NCBI GenBank assembly: GCA_022797295.1
Contig: JAAWKH010000008.1
Span: 1,380 to 65,379, forward strand
DNA from: Peptococcaceae bacterium
Lineage (GTDB): Bacteria; Bacillota; Dehalobacteriia; UBA4068; UBA4997
Direction: 5' to 3'
Length of the DNA: 64,000 nt
Shown here: positions 8,883 through 18,514 of the stretch, one piece after another
Layout of the letters: each line of letters begins with the position of its first letter
Position numbering within the stretch: position 1 is the first letter of the stretch
Translations under genes and position numbers: made by a program
Notes under the pieces: generated by a model
Database searches by the model: none
What the model was told of the DNA's origin: nothing
Seen by the model: only the letters and a program-made list of their open reading frames with translations

Positions 8883-9287
8883 ATGTCGGACAATCTGGCT
8901 TTGGCGGCAGCGCCTGGTTTTGGTCAGGCCTTGCTGCTGCTGGCAGGTGCGCTGGGCTATGGATTGTTGGAAATTAGCTGGCGTGGTTGGACGCATTGGT
9001 CAATGCTGTTGGCTGGCGGCTTGTGCTTTTGCTGCATTAATTATCTGGATGTGCAACTGCCTGGCTGCGGCAATGGGCACAAGGCCTGGCTATGCTGTTT
9101 GGTGATAACCGCGCTGGAGCTTTGCTTTGGCTTGGTGTTTAACTGCTGGCTGGGCCTGGATATTTGGGATTACACCAGGCTGCCGGGCAACTTTTTGGGG
9201 CAAGTTTGTCTGCCATATGCCGCTTTGTGGTATTTGCTTTCACTGCTGCTTTTGCGGCTGGCTCGATGGCTGAGGCCGGCTTTGTGA
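8883..9287 (+). CDS. Small integral membrane protein (DUF1113/putative ABC permease-like)
   Basis: GYGLLEISWRGWTHWSM, ITALELCFG, IWDY...GNFLGQVCL; start uncertain (8799-8883). Confidence 0.7.
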   Translation: MSDNLALAAAPGFGQALLLLAGALGYGLLEISWRGWTHWSMLLAGGLCFCCINYLDVQLPGCGNGHKAWLCCLVITALELCFGLVFNCWLGLDIWDYTRLPGNFLGQVCLPYAALWYLLSLLLLRLARWLRPAL

Positions 9288-9312
9288 AATAGATGAATGG
9301 AGTGGGTTGATT

Positions 9313-9579
9313 ATGAATATTCGTCCGGCTACATCAATTTGTCATAACTACAATGAAATTGCCGATATGTGCCGCAAAACGGCGGAGCCAATTTTTCTCA
9401 CCCAAAATGGAGAGGGCGATTTGGTGGTTATGGATATTGAAACCTATAACAGACGTGAAAAAATGCTGAAGCTGAGGGAAGAACTGCTGGCTGTTGAGGA
9501 GGAAAAGCTGGCCGGTAGAGGCGGTTGCTCGCTGGATGAGCTGGATGCTTATCTTGATGAGGCGCTTTCAGAGGTTTAG
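9313..9579 (+). CDS. Phd/YefM-family type II antitoxin
   Basis: MNIRP...NYNEIADMC...EPIFLTQNGEGDLVVMDIETY; acidic C-terminus. Confidence 0.88.
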   Translation: MNIRPATSICHNYNEIADMCRKTAEPIFLTQNGEGDLVVMDIETYNRREKMLKLREELLAVEEEKLAGRGGCSLDELDAYLDEALSEV

Positions 9580-9582
9580 TTT

Positions 9583-9720
9583 ATGGCTGAGATTAAGCAT
9601 TATCAGGTGATTGTATCGAACAAGGCTAAGAGGATGTTGGTTGCTCATATTCGTTTTTTGGCGCAGGTTAGTCCTAAGGCTGCGGCCGCAAAAAAGCAGG
9701 AGATAATGGCTGCTTTGGTA
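9583..9720 (+). pseudogene. 3'-truncated RelE/ParE-family toxin
   Basis: YQVIVSNKAKRMLVAHIRFLAQVSPKAA resembles a ParE/RelE N-terminus; after ~aa 45 the frame reads through AT-rich ylxM promoter DNA. Confidence 0.7.
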
Positions 9721-9751
9721 AAAAATATTTTCACGTATCAAGTAAAAAAGC

Positions 9752-9780
9752 TTGACACCGTTCGTTTTTTATTATATAAT
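9752..9780 (+). promoter_or_regulatory. Consensus sigma-A promoter of the ylxM-ffh operon
   Basis: TTGACA (9752-9757), 17 bp, TATAAT (9775-9780). Confidence 0.9.
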
Positions 9781-9827
9781 AAACGAGTTCGGTGTGAAGC
9801 TTTTCACTTTTTAAAGAGGTCTGTTTA

Positions 9828-10172
9828 ATGGATAAGCTTGGTTACAAATTAATGCTGTTTGACGCTTATGGTGGCCTGCTTACGGATAAACAGCAGCAGG
9901 CTTTGGCCCTCACCTACAATGAGGATTACTCTTTGGGTGAGATTGCAGAATTGCTGGGTATCAGCCGGCAAGCAGTTTTTGACAACTTGCGCCGGGCGGA
10001 GGCCTTGCTGGAAAATTATGAAGCTAAGCTTGGGTTGATTGCCCGCAACGCTGCGGAGCAGCGTTTGTTAGGGGAGCTGGCTCAAGCGGAACAAAATGCC
10101 AGCTGGCAGCAGGTGGCGGCGGTTCGGCAACAGCTTTTGCAGTTGATTGCGCCGGATAAAGAGGAAAATTAG
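9828..10172 (+). CDS. ylxM: YlxM, HTH protein associated with SRP
   Basis: [13 protein letters not shown]...[18 protein letters not shown]; directly upstream of ffh. Confidence 0.92.
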   Translation: MDKLGYKLMLFDAYGGLLTDKQQQALALTYNEDYSLGEIAELLGISRQAVFDNLRRAEALLENYEAKLGLIARNAAEQRLLGELAQAEQNASWQQVAAVRQQLLQLIAPDKEEN

Positions 10173-10200
10173 CTAAAAGAGGCGAAAGGAGGGCTGCACA

Positions 10201-11619
10201 GTGGCAGTGTTTAGCAGCCTGGCTGATAAATTACAGGAAACTTTTAAGAAGCTGACCGGCAAGGGCAAGCTGACCGAGGCGGATATTAATGAAGCGATGC
10301 GCACGGTGCGGATGGCCCTGCTGGAAGCTGACGTAAGCTACAAGGTGGTTAAGGATTTTGTAGCCACCGTTAAGGAGCGGGCCCTGGGCGCGGATATTTT
10401 AGGCAGCCTGACCCCTGGCCAACAGGTTATCAAAATTGTGCAGGAGGAGCTCACCGCGTTGATGGGCTCGGAGCAGGTTAGGGTTAATATGCAGAACAAG
10501 CCGCCCACGATTGTGATGATGGCTGGTTTGCAGGGCAGTGGTAAAACCACTTCCGCCGCTAAAATTGCCCTTTTGTTCAAAAAGCAGCACAAGCGGCCGC
10601 TGCTGGTGGCCGGCGATATTTATCGGCCGGCGGCTATCAAGCAGTTGCAGGTGTTGGGCGAGCAAACGGAAATACCGGTTTTTGCATTGGGCGACAAGGT
10701 TAGCCCTGTGGAGATTGCCCGGCAGGGCGTGGAGCATGCCAAGGCCAACAATAACGATTTGGTGCTGATTGATACAGCCGGCCGTTTGCATATTGACGAA
10801 GCCCTGATGCAGGAGCTGAAAGACATCAAGGCCACGGTGCAGCCGCACGAGATTTTGCTGGTGGTTGACGCTATGGCCGGCCAGGACGCTGTGAAAGTGG
10901 CGGAAACCTTTAATGCGGAGTTGGAAATTGACGGTCTGGTTTTGACCAAAATGGACGGCGATACGCGCGGCGGCGCGGCGCTTTCGGCCAAAGCGGTGAC
11001 TGGCAAGCCGATTAAATTTGTCGGTATGGGTGAAAAGCTGGACGCAATGGAGCCTTTCTATCCAGACCGGATGGCCTCGCGCATTTTGGGTATGGGCGAT
11101 GTTTTGACCTTGATTGAAAAGGTACAGGCTGAGGTTGATGACCAAAAGGCGCAGGAATTGGAAGAAAAAATGCGCAATGCCAGTTACACTCTGGACGATT
11201 TTTTGGATCAGATGGCTCAGTTGCGCAAGATGGGCGGCATGAAAGATATGCTGGCTTTGATTCCGGGCATTGGCAAGCAGCTGAAGGATTTGGAAATTGA
11301 CGAGCGGGAAATCGGCAAGGTGGAGGCCATTGTGCTTTCTATGACGTCGGCGGAGCGGCAAAATCCATCAATCATCAATGCCTCGCGCAAGCAGCGGATA
11401 GCAAAGGGCAGCGGCGTGCAGGTGCAGCAGGTGAACCGGCTGTTGAAGCAGTTTGAGGACACCAAAAAGATGATGAAAAAGCTGACTGAAAACGGCATGT
11501 TGAAGCAGGAGCGTGTGCATAAGCCTCGCAACAAAAAGGGTAAAGGCAAAAAGGGCGGCGGTGGTAAGCAAAACCGCAACAGTATGGCGGGGATGTTCTC
11601 CAAGCTGATGGGCCGCTGA
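10201..11619 (+). CDS. ffh: Signal recognition particle protein Ffh
   Basis: GLQGSGKTT, DTAGR, TKMDGDTRGG, Met-rich M domain with RIAKGSG. Confidence 0.98.
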   Translation: MAVFSSLADKLQETFKKLTGKGKLTEADINEAMRTVRMALLEADVSYKVVKDFVATVKERALGADILGSLTPGQQVIKIVQEELTALMGSEQVRVNMQNKPPTIVMMAGLQGSGKTTSAAKIALLFKKQHKRPLLVAGDIYRPAAIKQLQVLGEQTEIPVFALGDKVSPVEIARQGVEHAKANNNDLVLIDTAGRLHIDEALMQELKDIKATVQPHEILLVVDAMAGQDAVKVAETFNAELEIDGLVLTKMDGDTRGGAALSAKAVTGKPIKFVGMGEKLDAMEPFYPDRMASRILGMGDVLTLIEKVQAEVDDQKAQELEEKMRNASYTLDDFLDQMAQLRKMGGMKDMLALIPGIGKQLKDLEIDEREIGKVEAIVLSMTSAERQNPSIINASRKQRIAKGSGVQVQQVNRLLKQFEDTKKMMKKLTENGMLKQERVHKPRNKKGKGKKGGGGKQNRNSMAGMFSKLMGR

Positions 11620-11683
11620 TTGATTAAGTTTATTAGTTTAATAATTATATAAATAGATTAGCTGATATTGGAGGTGAAAGATT

Positions 11684-11941
11684 ATGGCAACAAAAATTCG
11701 TCTGCGCCGTATGGGCGCCAAAAAAGCGCCGTTCTATCGTGTGGTGGTGGCTGATTCCCGCAGCCCGCGTGATGGTCGTTTTATTGAGGAAATTGGCTAC
11801 TACAATCCGATTTCGGAGCCTGCTGAAATTAAAATTAATGAGGAAAAGGTTCTGAAATGGCTGCAAACTGGCGCTGAGCCCTCAGAAACAGTTAAGCAGC
11901 TGTTGAAAACAACTGGTATCTGGGCCAAACGCAGCAAATAG
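11684..11941 (+). CDS. rpsP: 30S ribosomal protein S16
   Basis: [32 protein letters not shown]. Confidence 0.98.
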   Translation: MATKIRLRRMGAKKAPFYRVVVADSRSPRDGRFIEEIGYYNPISEPAEIKINEEKVLKWLQTGAEPSETVKQLLKTTGIWAKRSK

Positions 11942-11963
11942 TCTGGCGGAAGGAAGATGACTT

Positions 11964-12197
11964 ATGATGAAGGAATTGGTTGAACACATGGCAAAATCAC
12001 TGGTAACTCAGCCTGAGGCCATTGAGGTTGTGGAGCAGATCTTGGATGACCGAACTGTCAATCTGGAGCTGCACACCGCCAAGGATGATATGGGCAAGGT
12101 TATCGGTAAACAGGGGCGTATTGCCAAAGCTATGCGTATCGTGTTAAAAGCGGCAGCCAGCACCGAAGGCAAAAAGGCCAATTTGGATATTGTTTAG
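11964..12197 (+). CDS. khpA: KH-domain RNA-binding protein KhpA/YlqC
   Basis: DMGKVIGKQGRIAKAMR; lies between rpsP and rimM. Confidence 0.93.
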   Translation: MMKELVEHMAKSLVTQPEAIEVVEQILDDRTVNLELHTAKDDMGKVIGKQGRIAKAMRIVLKAAASTEGKKANLDIV

Positions 12198-12226
12198 CTT
12201 TTTAAGCTTGAGGTTACTTTATTGTT

Positions 12227-12257
12227 ACAGGGGGAGGCTGCTTGCGGTCTCCCCTGT
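12227..12257 (+). terminator. GC-rich hairpin between khpA and rimM (partial terminator or processing stem)
   Basis: ACAGGGGGAGGCTGC-TT-GCGGTCTCCCCTGT; weak U tract. Confidence 0.5.
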
Positions 12258-12280
12258 GCTTATTAATATTAGGAGAATTT

Positions 12281-12823
12281 ATGATTGCAAAACAGCAATA
12301 TTCACCGGACGATATGATTATTGTGGGTGAAATCACCGGTGCGCACGGTATTAAAGGGCAGGTTAAGGCGGAATGTCTGACGGATTTTCCAGAGGTGCGT
12401 TTTGCGCCTGGCGCGGAGCTTTATGTGGAAAAACTGCGCCAAAACCGCAAGGTGCTGGCGGCTAGTGTTCACAAGGGTTTATACCTGCTAACCTTGGCTG
12501 GTGTTGAGGATCGCGACGCTGCTCAGGCTTTGCTGCATACGTATCTGCGGGTGCCTATGGATAGTCTGCCGCCGTTGCCGGAAGGGGAATATTACCACTT
12601 TCAGCTGATTGGCTTGCAGGTTTTTGAGGGCGAGCGTTATCTGGGCCAGCTGACGGAGATTATGGAAACTGGCGCTAACGACGTGTATATCATCAAAAAT
12701 GCGGAGCCGGAGCCTGGCTTGCCGGCGGAAATTTTGTTGCCTGCTTTGCAAAGTTGTATAAAGCAGGTGGATTTGGCGGCCGGCCGTATGCAGGTGCAAA
12801 TTCCGGCTGGTCTGTTGGATTGA
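12281..12823 (+). CDS. rimM: Ribosome maturation factor RimM
   Basis: GEITGAHGIKGQV, GEYYHFQLIG, TGANDVY; start at ATG 12281 behind AGGAG. Confidence 0.95.
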   Translation: MIAKQQYSPDDMIIVGEITGAHGIKGQVKAECLTDFPEVRFAPGAELYVEKLRQNRKVLAASVHKGLYLLTLAGVEDRDAAQALLHTYLRVPMDSLPPLPEGEYYHFQLIGLQVFEGERYLGQLTEIMETGANDVYIIKNAEPEPGLPAEILLPALQSCIKQVDLAAGRMQVQIPAGLLD

Positions 12824-12831
12824 GGTTGAAG

Positions 12832-14154
12832 ATGCGTATTGATATTTTAACGCTTTTTCCAGAGATGTTCACCCCATTACAGCATAGTATTGTGGGTAGA
12901 GCCGTAAAAAATGAACTTTTACAGTTGAATATCAAAAATATTCGGGATTACACTGGCCCTAAGCACGGTTTGACGGATGATAAGCTTTACGGCGGCGGAG
13001 CTGGTATGGTGATGAAGCCGGAGCCTTTGTTTGAAGCAGTGGCGGATTTGCGCCGCAGCCCCAAGGCCAGGGTGATTATCACCAGCCCGGCCGGCCGCCT
13101 GTTTGACCAGCAGGCTGCGCAGGAGCTAAGCCAGGCCGAACAGCTGATTTTCATTTGCGGTCATTACGAGGGTATTGACCAGCGGGTGGAGGACGCGCTG
13201 GCCACGGATGTTTTTTCCATTGGCGATTTTGTGTTGACGGGTGGCGAGCTGCCGGCTATGGTGATGGCCGATTCAGTTGTTCGTCTGCTGCCCGGAGCCT
13301 TGGGGCATGATGAATCCAGCCAGGAGGAAAGCTTCGGCGAGGATATGAAGGGGTTGCTGGAATATCCGCAATATACGCGGCCGCCGGTGTTTGACGGCCG
13401 GGAGGTGCCGCCGGTGCTTTTGGGCGGCAACCACGAGGAAATCAGCCGCTGGCGCAGAGAGCAAAGCCTGCGGCGCACTTGGGAGCGGCGGCCGGAGCTG
13501 TTGCGGGAGGCGGCTTTGACGCAGTCTGATTTGCAGCTGTTGGCGGATTGTCAGGCGGAGCGTCGGGGGCGCGGCCAGGTTTGGCTGGCTTTGGTGCATT
13601 ATCCGGTTTATAACAAAAAGCACGAGGTGATTAACACCTCAATTACCAATTTAGATATTCACGATATTGCCAGAGCCTGCGCTACCTTTGGTTTGGCCGG
13701 TTACTTTTTGGTGCAGCCGGCAGCCGGGCAGCAGGAGCTGATTGGCAGCTTGCTGAAGCATTGGCAATATGGTTTTGGTGCGCGCTACAACCCGGACCGA
13801 CATGAGGCTTTGAGTAAAATTAGCCTTTGCGCCAGCCTGGCCGAGGCGCAGGCTGCTATTGAGCAGCAGACGGGGCAAAAGCCACAGCTGGTGGCCACTT
13901 CGGCGCGGCCGACTCCTGGCATGCAGGGATATGCGGAAATGCGCCGACAAATTGCCGAGGCGGATGAGCCGTATCTGTTGGTTTTCGGCACTGGTTGGGG
14001 GCTTACGGATGAGCTGCTGGCGGAGGCGGATTGGGTTCTGCGGCCGGTTTACGGCGTTGACGATTACAATCACCTTTCCGTGCGCAGTGCGGTTTCGATT
14101 ATTTTGGACAGATTGTTTGGCGAGGCTAGAGAAAGCAAAGCAAGCCGGGATTGA
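12832..14154 (+). CDS. trmD: tRNA (guanine37-N1)-methyltransferase TrmD fused to a C-terminal DUF2168-type SPOUT methyltransferase
   Basis: MRIDILTLFPEMF, YGGGAGMVMKP, CGHYEGIDQR, LTGGELPA, LEYPQYTRP; then in frame LALVHYPV..TNLDIHDIAR..FGTGWGL..YNHLSVRSA. Confidence 0.93.
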   Translation: MRIDILTLFPEMFTPLQHSIVGRAVKNELLQLNIKNIRDYTGPKHGLTDDKLYGGGAGMVMKPEPLFEAVADLRRSPKARVIITSPAGRLFDQQAAQELSQAEQLIFICGHYEGIDQRVEDALATDVFSIGDFVLTGGELPAMVMADSVVRLLPGALGHDESSQEESFGEDMKGLLEYPQYTRPPVFDGREVPPVLLGGNHEEISRWRREQSLRRTWERRPELLREAALTQSDLQLLADCQAERRGRGQVWLALVHYPVYNKKHEVINTSITNLDIHDIARACATFGLAGYFLVQPAAGQQELIGSLLKHWQYGFGARYNPDRHEALSKISLCASLAEAQAAIEQQTGQKPQLVATSARPTPGMQGYAEMRRQIAEADEPYLLVFGTGWGLTDELLAEADWVLRPVYGVDDYNHLSVRSAVSIILDRLFGEARESKASRD

Positions 14155-14171
14155 AAGCCCGACTTGCTTTG
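14136..14171. terminator. Hairpin at the convergent trmD / LysM gene ends
   Basis: CAAAGCAAGCCGGG / CCCGACTTGCTTTG inverted repeat spanning the trmD stop. Confidence 0.55.
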
Positions 14172-14194
14172 GGTATTGGTGTTGCCGGCATTGT

Positions 14195-14734
14195 TTAATT
14201 AAGCCGGGAGCCGCAGGTGGGGCAAAAGCGGCCGCCGCAATCGCCGGTGAAGCTGTGGATGTTGTGGCTGGCGTGGGCCCGCGGCACAAAGATTTTGTCG
14301 CCAGGATAAATCATATCCGGGTTTTGAATGTGCGGATTAACTTTTAAGAGCTCCTGAATGCTGATGTTGAAGCATTTGGCCAGCTGATAAATGTTATCGT
14401 TTTTACGCACCACGTAAATCAGCGGCCGGGGCAGGTTGGCCAGCTCAGTGCAGAACTCGGTCCGCTGCTCCTCCGTCATATCGTTTACGCCAACTTCCGG
14501 TTGGGCCGGGATGGTTGGCTGATTGGGCTGGCTGGGCGTGTTGTTTGGCGAATCGTTTGGTTCGCTGGGCTCAGCGGTTTGGCAGCCCTCCGGCAGAAAA
14601 ATTTTTTCGCCCAGGCTGATGTTGTTTGGGTTGGTGATTTGCGGGTTGGCGGCCAAAAGTTCCGCCAGGCTACAGCCGTGGGTCTGGGCAATGCTCCACA
14701 GGCTTTCGCCTTTTGCGATTATGTGGTAATTCAT
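14195..14734 (-). CDS. Double-LysM protein, SafA/ExsA-like spore coat/cortex assembly protein
   Basis: HIIAKGESLWSIA..ANPQITNPNNISLG and YVVRKNDNIYQLA..NPHIQNPDMIYPG joined by a Pro/Asn/Gln linker; AGGAGG RBS. Confidence 0.85.
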   Translation of the reverse strand: MNYHIIAKGESLWSIAQTHGCSLAELLAANPQITNPNNISLGEKIFLPEGCQTAEPSEPNDSPNNTPSQPNQPTIPAQPEVGVNDMTEEQRTEFCTELANLPRPLIYVVRKNDNIYQLAKCFNISIQELLKVNPHIQNPDMIYPGDKIFVPRAHASHNIHSFTGDCGGRFCPTCGSRLN

Positions 14735-14964
14735 GCTGTTCCTCCTTGTTTTGCCTGCTTGATATATATTAGTTTATAGCAGAGCCCTTGGATTTGTTAC
14801 TTGTCTGCTTGAAAAAGTGGGTTGCTTTGGCAAAAAGTTTCTACAAAAGTTTGCGACTTGCTATTTAAATTTGCCGGAAAACATGATATTATATAGAATA
14901 AAGGTTCTGTTGGCAAGCAACCAGCAGGGCCGCAGGAATAAAAAAGCTTTTTAAGAGGTTTGCT

Positions 14965-15405
14965 GTGATGAATTTGGAAAAGCACGCTAAAATTTTTCAA
15001 ACGGCCAGTTTGTTGGCCGAACTGCTGCGCACCTGCCCGGAATATACACATTATATCAACGCCAGGGAGCGCTTGTTTCAGGACCCGGTTAATAAGCGTA
15101 TTTTTATGGAACTGCGCCAAAAGCAGCTTGCTTTGGCAGATGAGCCAAGACTGGCGGAGGCCAGGGAGTTTGACCCCAAGCAAAAGTTTGTGGATGATTT
15201 GCTGATGTCGGTGGCGCTTAACCCGGTGGTTAATGATTTTTTGAATGCAGAATATAACTTTGGACGGATTATTGAACATATTGGCGAGATTTTTGAGCCG
15301 ATTCTTCCTTACGACGATTTGGAGGACGAGGATGTCAACGAGTTGCTGGGTTGGCTGGAAACTGGCGATAAGCAAGCCCCCAATGAATCTACTTATCTGA
15401 ATTGA
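14965..15405 (+). CDS. YlbF/YmcA (Com_YlbF) family regulator
   Basis: LAELLRTCPEY..Y, LNPVVNDFLNAE pattern. Confidence 0.75.
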   Translation: MMNLEKHAKIFQTASLLAELLRTCPEYTHYINARERLFQDPVNKRIFMELRQKQLALADEPRLAEAREFDPKQKFVDDLLMSVALNPVVNDFLNAEYNFGRIIEHIGEIFEPILPYDDLEDEDVNELLGWLETGDKQAPNESTYLN

Positions 15406-15827
15406 ACAGCGAGGAGTGCAGCTTTGTGTTAAATGAAAAAACTGCTGGCCGCCGGATGACCAGGCAGCGTCAGGCGATTATGGAAATGTTGGCTAAAACG
15501 GACGAGCACCCTACTGCGGAGATGGTCTACGAGGCTGTGCGCAAGCAACTGCCGGAGATTAGTCTGGGCACGGTTTATCGCAATTTGCAGCTTTTGGTGG
15601 AGGAGGGCCTGGCCCGGGAGATTGACCGAGGCCGGGGAAGCTCGCGCTTTGATGGCAAGCTGGAGCAGCACAGCCATTTCTTTTGCCAGGCCTGCGGGCG
15701 AGTTTTTGACCTGCCGGCTTGTCAGGTTGATTTGCCGCCGGATTTGCCGGGTCAAATGCTGTGGCAGCGCACCGACTTTTTCGGTCTTTGTCAGGATTGC
15801 CTGCCGCCGGAGGCTGATAAAAACTGA
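15402..15827 (+). CDS. Fur-family transcriptional repressor (PerR-like)
   Basis: RMTRQR, HPTAE, ISLGTVYRNL, HSHFFCQACG, GLCQDC. Confidence 0.92.
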   Translation: MNSEECSFVLNEKTAGRRMTRQRQAIMEMLAKTDEHPTAEMVYEAVRKQLPEISLGTVYRNLQLLVEEGLAREIDRGRGSSRFDGKLEQHSHFFCQACGRVFDLPACQVDLPPDLPGQMLWQRTDFFGLCQDCLPPEADKN

Positions 15828-15923
15828 AAGCTGCAATAATAAAAAGCTTTAACAGGGCAATAATAATTAAAAAAGCTTAATCTAAAATAAAGTTTTAAAT
15901 GCTTATAATGGAGGAAAAAATTA

Positions 15924-17087
15924 ATGTCAATTATGGGTATGCGGGAATGGTTCCGCAAAAATAGAGCGTCGATGTTGGTGGTTTTTGTTTTACTGCTGGT
16001 TGGCCTGTTGATTTCCTATGGCCGTTTTGGCAGCAGCCCCACCTACACCGCGGCTGATTATGAAAAAATGCTGACAGATGCGCGCGAGGCTTATGCGGCT
16101 GACCCGGAATCACCGGAAAATGTTTTTTATATGTATCAGGTGTTGAACAGCTATGCAGTGTTTTTGAACGAAAGCCATCAGGAACCGGAGCAGGCCAAGG
16201 CGATGAGCAATGAGGCCATCACTTATTACGATATGTATTATGGTATGCTGGCCGACGAGGCTAAGGACACCTATCAGGCTAGCCCCAATTACGCTAACGC
16301 TTCGGTGGTTGCCAATTATCTTAGCCAGCGAGTGCAAGCTCAAAGCTTATCGGAGAGTATGGACCCGGCGGCTATGCAAGCTGAGGTAAACAACTGGATG
16401 GTGATAGCGTTGGGGCATCGCTTGGATGAGGTGAATGCGGAGCTGGCAAACACTCCCAATGATTCCGCTTTGCTGGCTGATTTGGCTGACGCTACCAGCG
16501 CTTTGGCTTACTATAAGCATGAGCAGGACAACACATTTGACCAAAACCCGGCTTACCAAGAGTCTTTGGCGCTTTATCAGCAGGCTATTGCCAACAAACC
16601 GGCTGATATTGACCTGACCAATCTGGCAGGCTACTACAGCAGCGCGGCGGCTTGTGCTTACGAATTGAAAGATTATGCTCAGGCGCAGCAGCTTTACTTG
16701 CAGGCGGTTGAGGTTTGCGGCGGCGCTTTGGAGCCGGCGGCTTTGGCAGAGCTTTACACCAACGCTGCGGTTTGCGCCAATGCTCAGGATGACAAAGCTG
16801 CGGCTGAGGGCTTCTATCAGCAGGCTGTGGCGGCGGCTCCTGGCGATTACAATGCGAATATGAACTATGCTTCATTCCTGCTGAACGCGGCTAGATATGA
16901 CGAGGCTATTGCTGTGTTCACCGCTTATCGGGATACCTTTGACAAGAATAGCGAAGAATATCAGACTGCTCAGGAAAATTTGGACTATATCCAGTCCATT
17001 AAGGATATGATGGAAAGCCCAGAGCCTGAAAATGATGGCGAGGGCGAGACGGCCAATAACGAGGGGCAGCCTGAAGCTACAAATTAA
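15924..17087 (+). CDS. Membrane-anchored TPR-repeat protein
   Basis: N-terminal TM helix, Ala/Tyr-rich TPR-like helices (YQQAI, YLQAV, YQQAV), acidic tail; GGAGG RBS. Confidence 0.75.
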   Translation: MSIMGMREWFRKNRASMLVVFVLLLVGLLISYGRFGSSPTYTAADYEKMLTDAREAYAADPESPENVFYMYQVLNSYAVFLNESHQEPEQAKAMSNEAITYYDMYYGMLADEAKDTYQASPNYANASVVANYLSQRVQAQSLSESMDPAAMQAEVNNWMVIALGHRLDEVNAELANTPNDSALLADLADATSALAYYKHEQDNTFDQNPAYQESLALYQQAIANKPADIDLTNLAGYYSSAAACAYELKDYAQAQQLYLQAVEVCGGALEPAALAELYTNAAVCANAQDDKAAAEGFYQQAVAAAPGDYNANMNYASFLLNAARYDEAIAVFTAYRDTFDKNSEEYQTAQENLDYIQSIKDMMESPEPENDGEGETANNEGQPEATN

Positions 17088-17124
17088 GCTTTACAATAAA
17101 ACTGAATAAAAAAACAAGAAAGAG

Positions 17125-18369
17125 GTGGCTTCTATGTTACAAGGCAATGCAGTGATTGCCCAATCCGGCGGGCCGACTGCGGTTATCAACAGCAGCGTTT
17201 GCGGGGCGGTGCAGACCTGGCTGGCGGCGGAAAATCGCCCTGGCACTATTTACGCGGCGATTTCTGGCATTAAGGGTTTTTTTGACGAGGAACTGTTGGA
17301 TTTGGCCGAACAGCCGGCCGAGGTTATCGCCGGCCTGCGTTGGACGCCAGGCGCTGGTTTGTTCTCCTGCCGCTACAAGGTTAGCGAGGAGGAATATCCC
17401 CGGTTAGTGGAAATTTGCAAGAAATATAACATCCGTTATTTCTTCTATAACGGCGGCAACGATTCAATGGACACCTGCAACAAGATGAGCCTGGCTGCGG
17501 AAAAGCTGGGCTATGAAATGCGGGTAATTGGTATTCCCAAAACGGTAGATAACGATTTGCCAATTACTGACCATTGCCCCGGTTTTGCCAGCGCCGCTAA
17601 ATATTTGGCGGCCACGGTGATGGAAACCGGCATTGATTTGGCGTCGGTTGCCACCAAAAATAAGGTTTGTATTATTGAAGCTATGGGGCGCAACGCCGGT
17701 TGGCTGACGGCGGCCGCCGCTTTGGCTAAACGTACGCCGGACGAAGCCCCGCATTTGATTTATCTGCCGGAGGTGCCATTTGATACGGAGCAGTTTTTGA
17801 AAGACGTGCAGGCGGTTTACGACCGCTTGGGTTACTGCTTTGTGGTGGCTAGCGAGGGTATTATGGATAAAGACGGCAATTATATTGCCGCAGACGGCCG
17901 GGTGGACGCTTTTGGTCACGCTCAGCTTTCCGGCGCGGGCGAAACCCTGAAAAATCTGGTGGAGGAGCGTTTGGGCCTGAAAGCTCGCTGCAACACGTTG
18001 GGTACCGCTCAGCGTAGCGCTATGCACTTTGCTTCCAAAACTGATTCCGACGAAGCCTATGCCACGGGCGTTAAGGCGGTGGAGCTGGCTTTGGCTGGCC
18101 AAACCGGCCTGATGGTGACGTTGGATCGGGCTCCTGGCGAGGAATATAAATGCACCCTGGGGGCGGCTCCTTTGGGTGAAGTGGCTAATGTGGAGAAAAA
18201 GGTGCCGCGTGAATGGGTGAACGCCGAGGGTAATTATGTTACAGAGGAGTTCATCAAATACTGCCGCCCGTTGATTGAGGGCGAGGTTCCCGTGCCAATG
18301 CGCGGCGGCCTGCCAGATTATGTGGCTTTGAATATGCAGCTTGGCCGCGTTGACCAAGGCCAGAAATAA
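17125..18369 (+). CDS. Phosphofructokinase, likely pyrophosphate-dependent
   Basis: QSGGPTAVIN, GGNDS and PKTVDND (the Asp/Lys pair associated with PPi use), MGRNAGWL. Start may be ATG 17134. Confidence 0.9.
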   Translation: MASMLQGNAVIAQSGGPTAVINSSVCGAVQTWLAAENRPGTIYAAISGIKGFFDEELLDLAEQPAEVIAGLRWTPGAGLFSCRYKVSEEEYPRLVEICKKYNIRYFFYNGGNDSMDTCNKMSLAAEKLGYEMRVIGIPKTVDNDLPITDHCPGFASAAKYLAATVMETGIDLASVATKNKVCIIEAMGRNAGWLTAAAALAKRTPDEAPHLIYLPEVPFDTEQFLKDVQAVYDRLGYCFVVASEGIMDKDGNYIAADGRVDAFGHAQLSGAGETLKNLVEERLGLKARCNTLGTAQRSAMHFASKTDSDEAYATGVKAVELALAGQTGLMVTLDRAPGEEYKCTLGAAPLGEVANVEKKVPREWVNAEGNYVTEEFIKYCRPLIEGEVPVPMRGGLPDYVALNMQLGRVDQGQK

Positions 18370-18437
18370 AGCAGTCTTTAAGCTGAACATAAAATAAATC
18401 CCTTTCAGTTAAAAATTTAGAGGGCTTTATATGAAAC

Positions 18438-18482
18438 AAGTTAAGTCGGCGTTCTGTTTGGAAAACGCCGACTTAATTTTCC
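18438..18482 (+). terminator. Intrinsic terminator after the phosphofructokinase gene
   Basis: TTAAGTCGGCGTT / AACGCCGACTTAA perfect 13 bp stem followed by TTTT. Confidence 0.8.
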
Positions 18483-18514
18483 TTTTGAAGCATAGATTTT
18501 ACAGAGGTGATTTT

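Noticed and set aside
12754-12831. N-terminal extensions in the ORF track (trmD, hslU, rpsB, ybaK, rimM, dipeptidase, yceD)
   Set aside because: Downstream starts fit family N-termini and, in most cases, RBS positions better.
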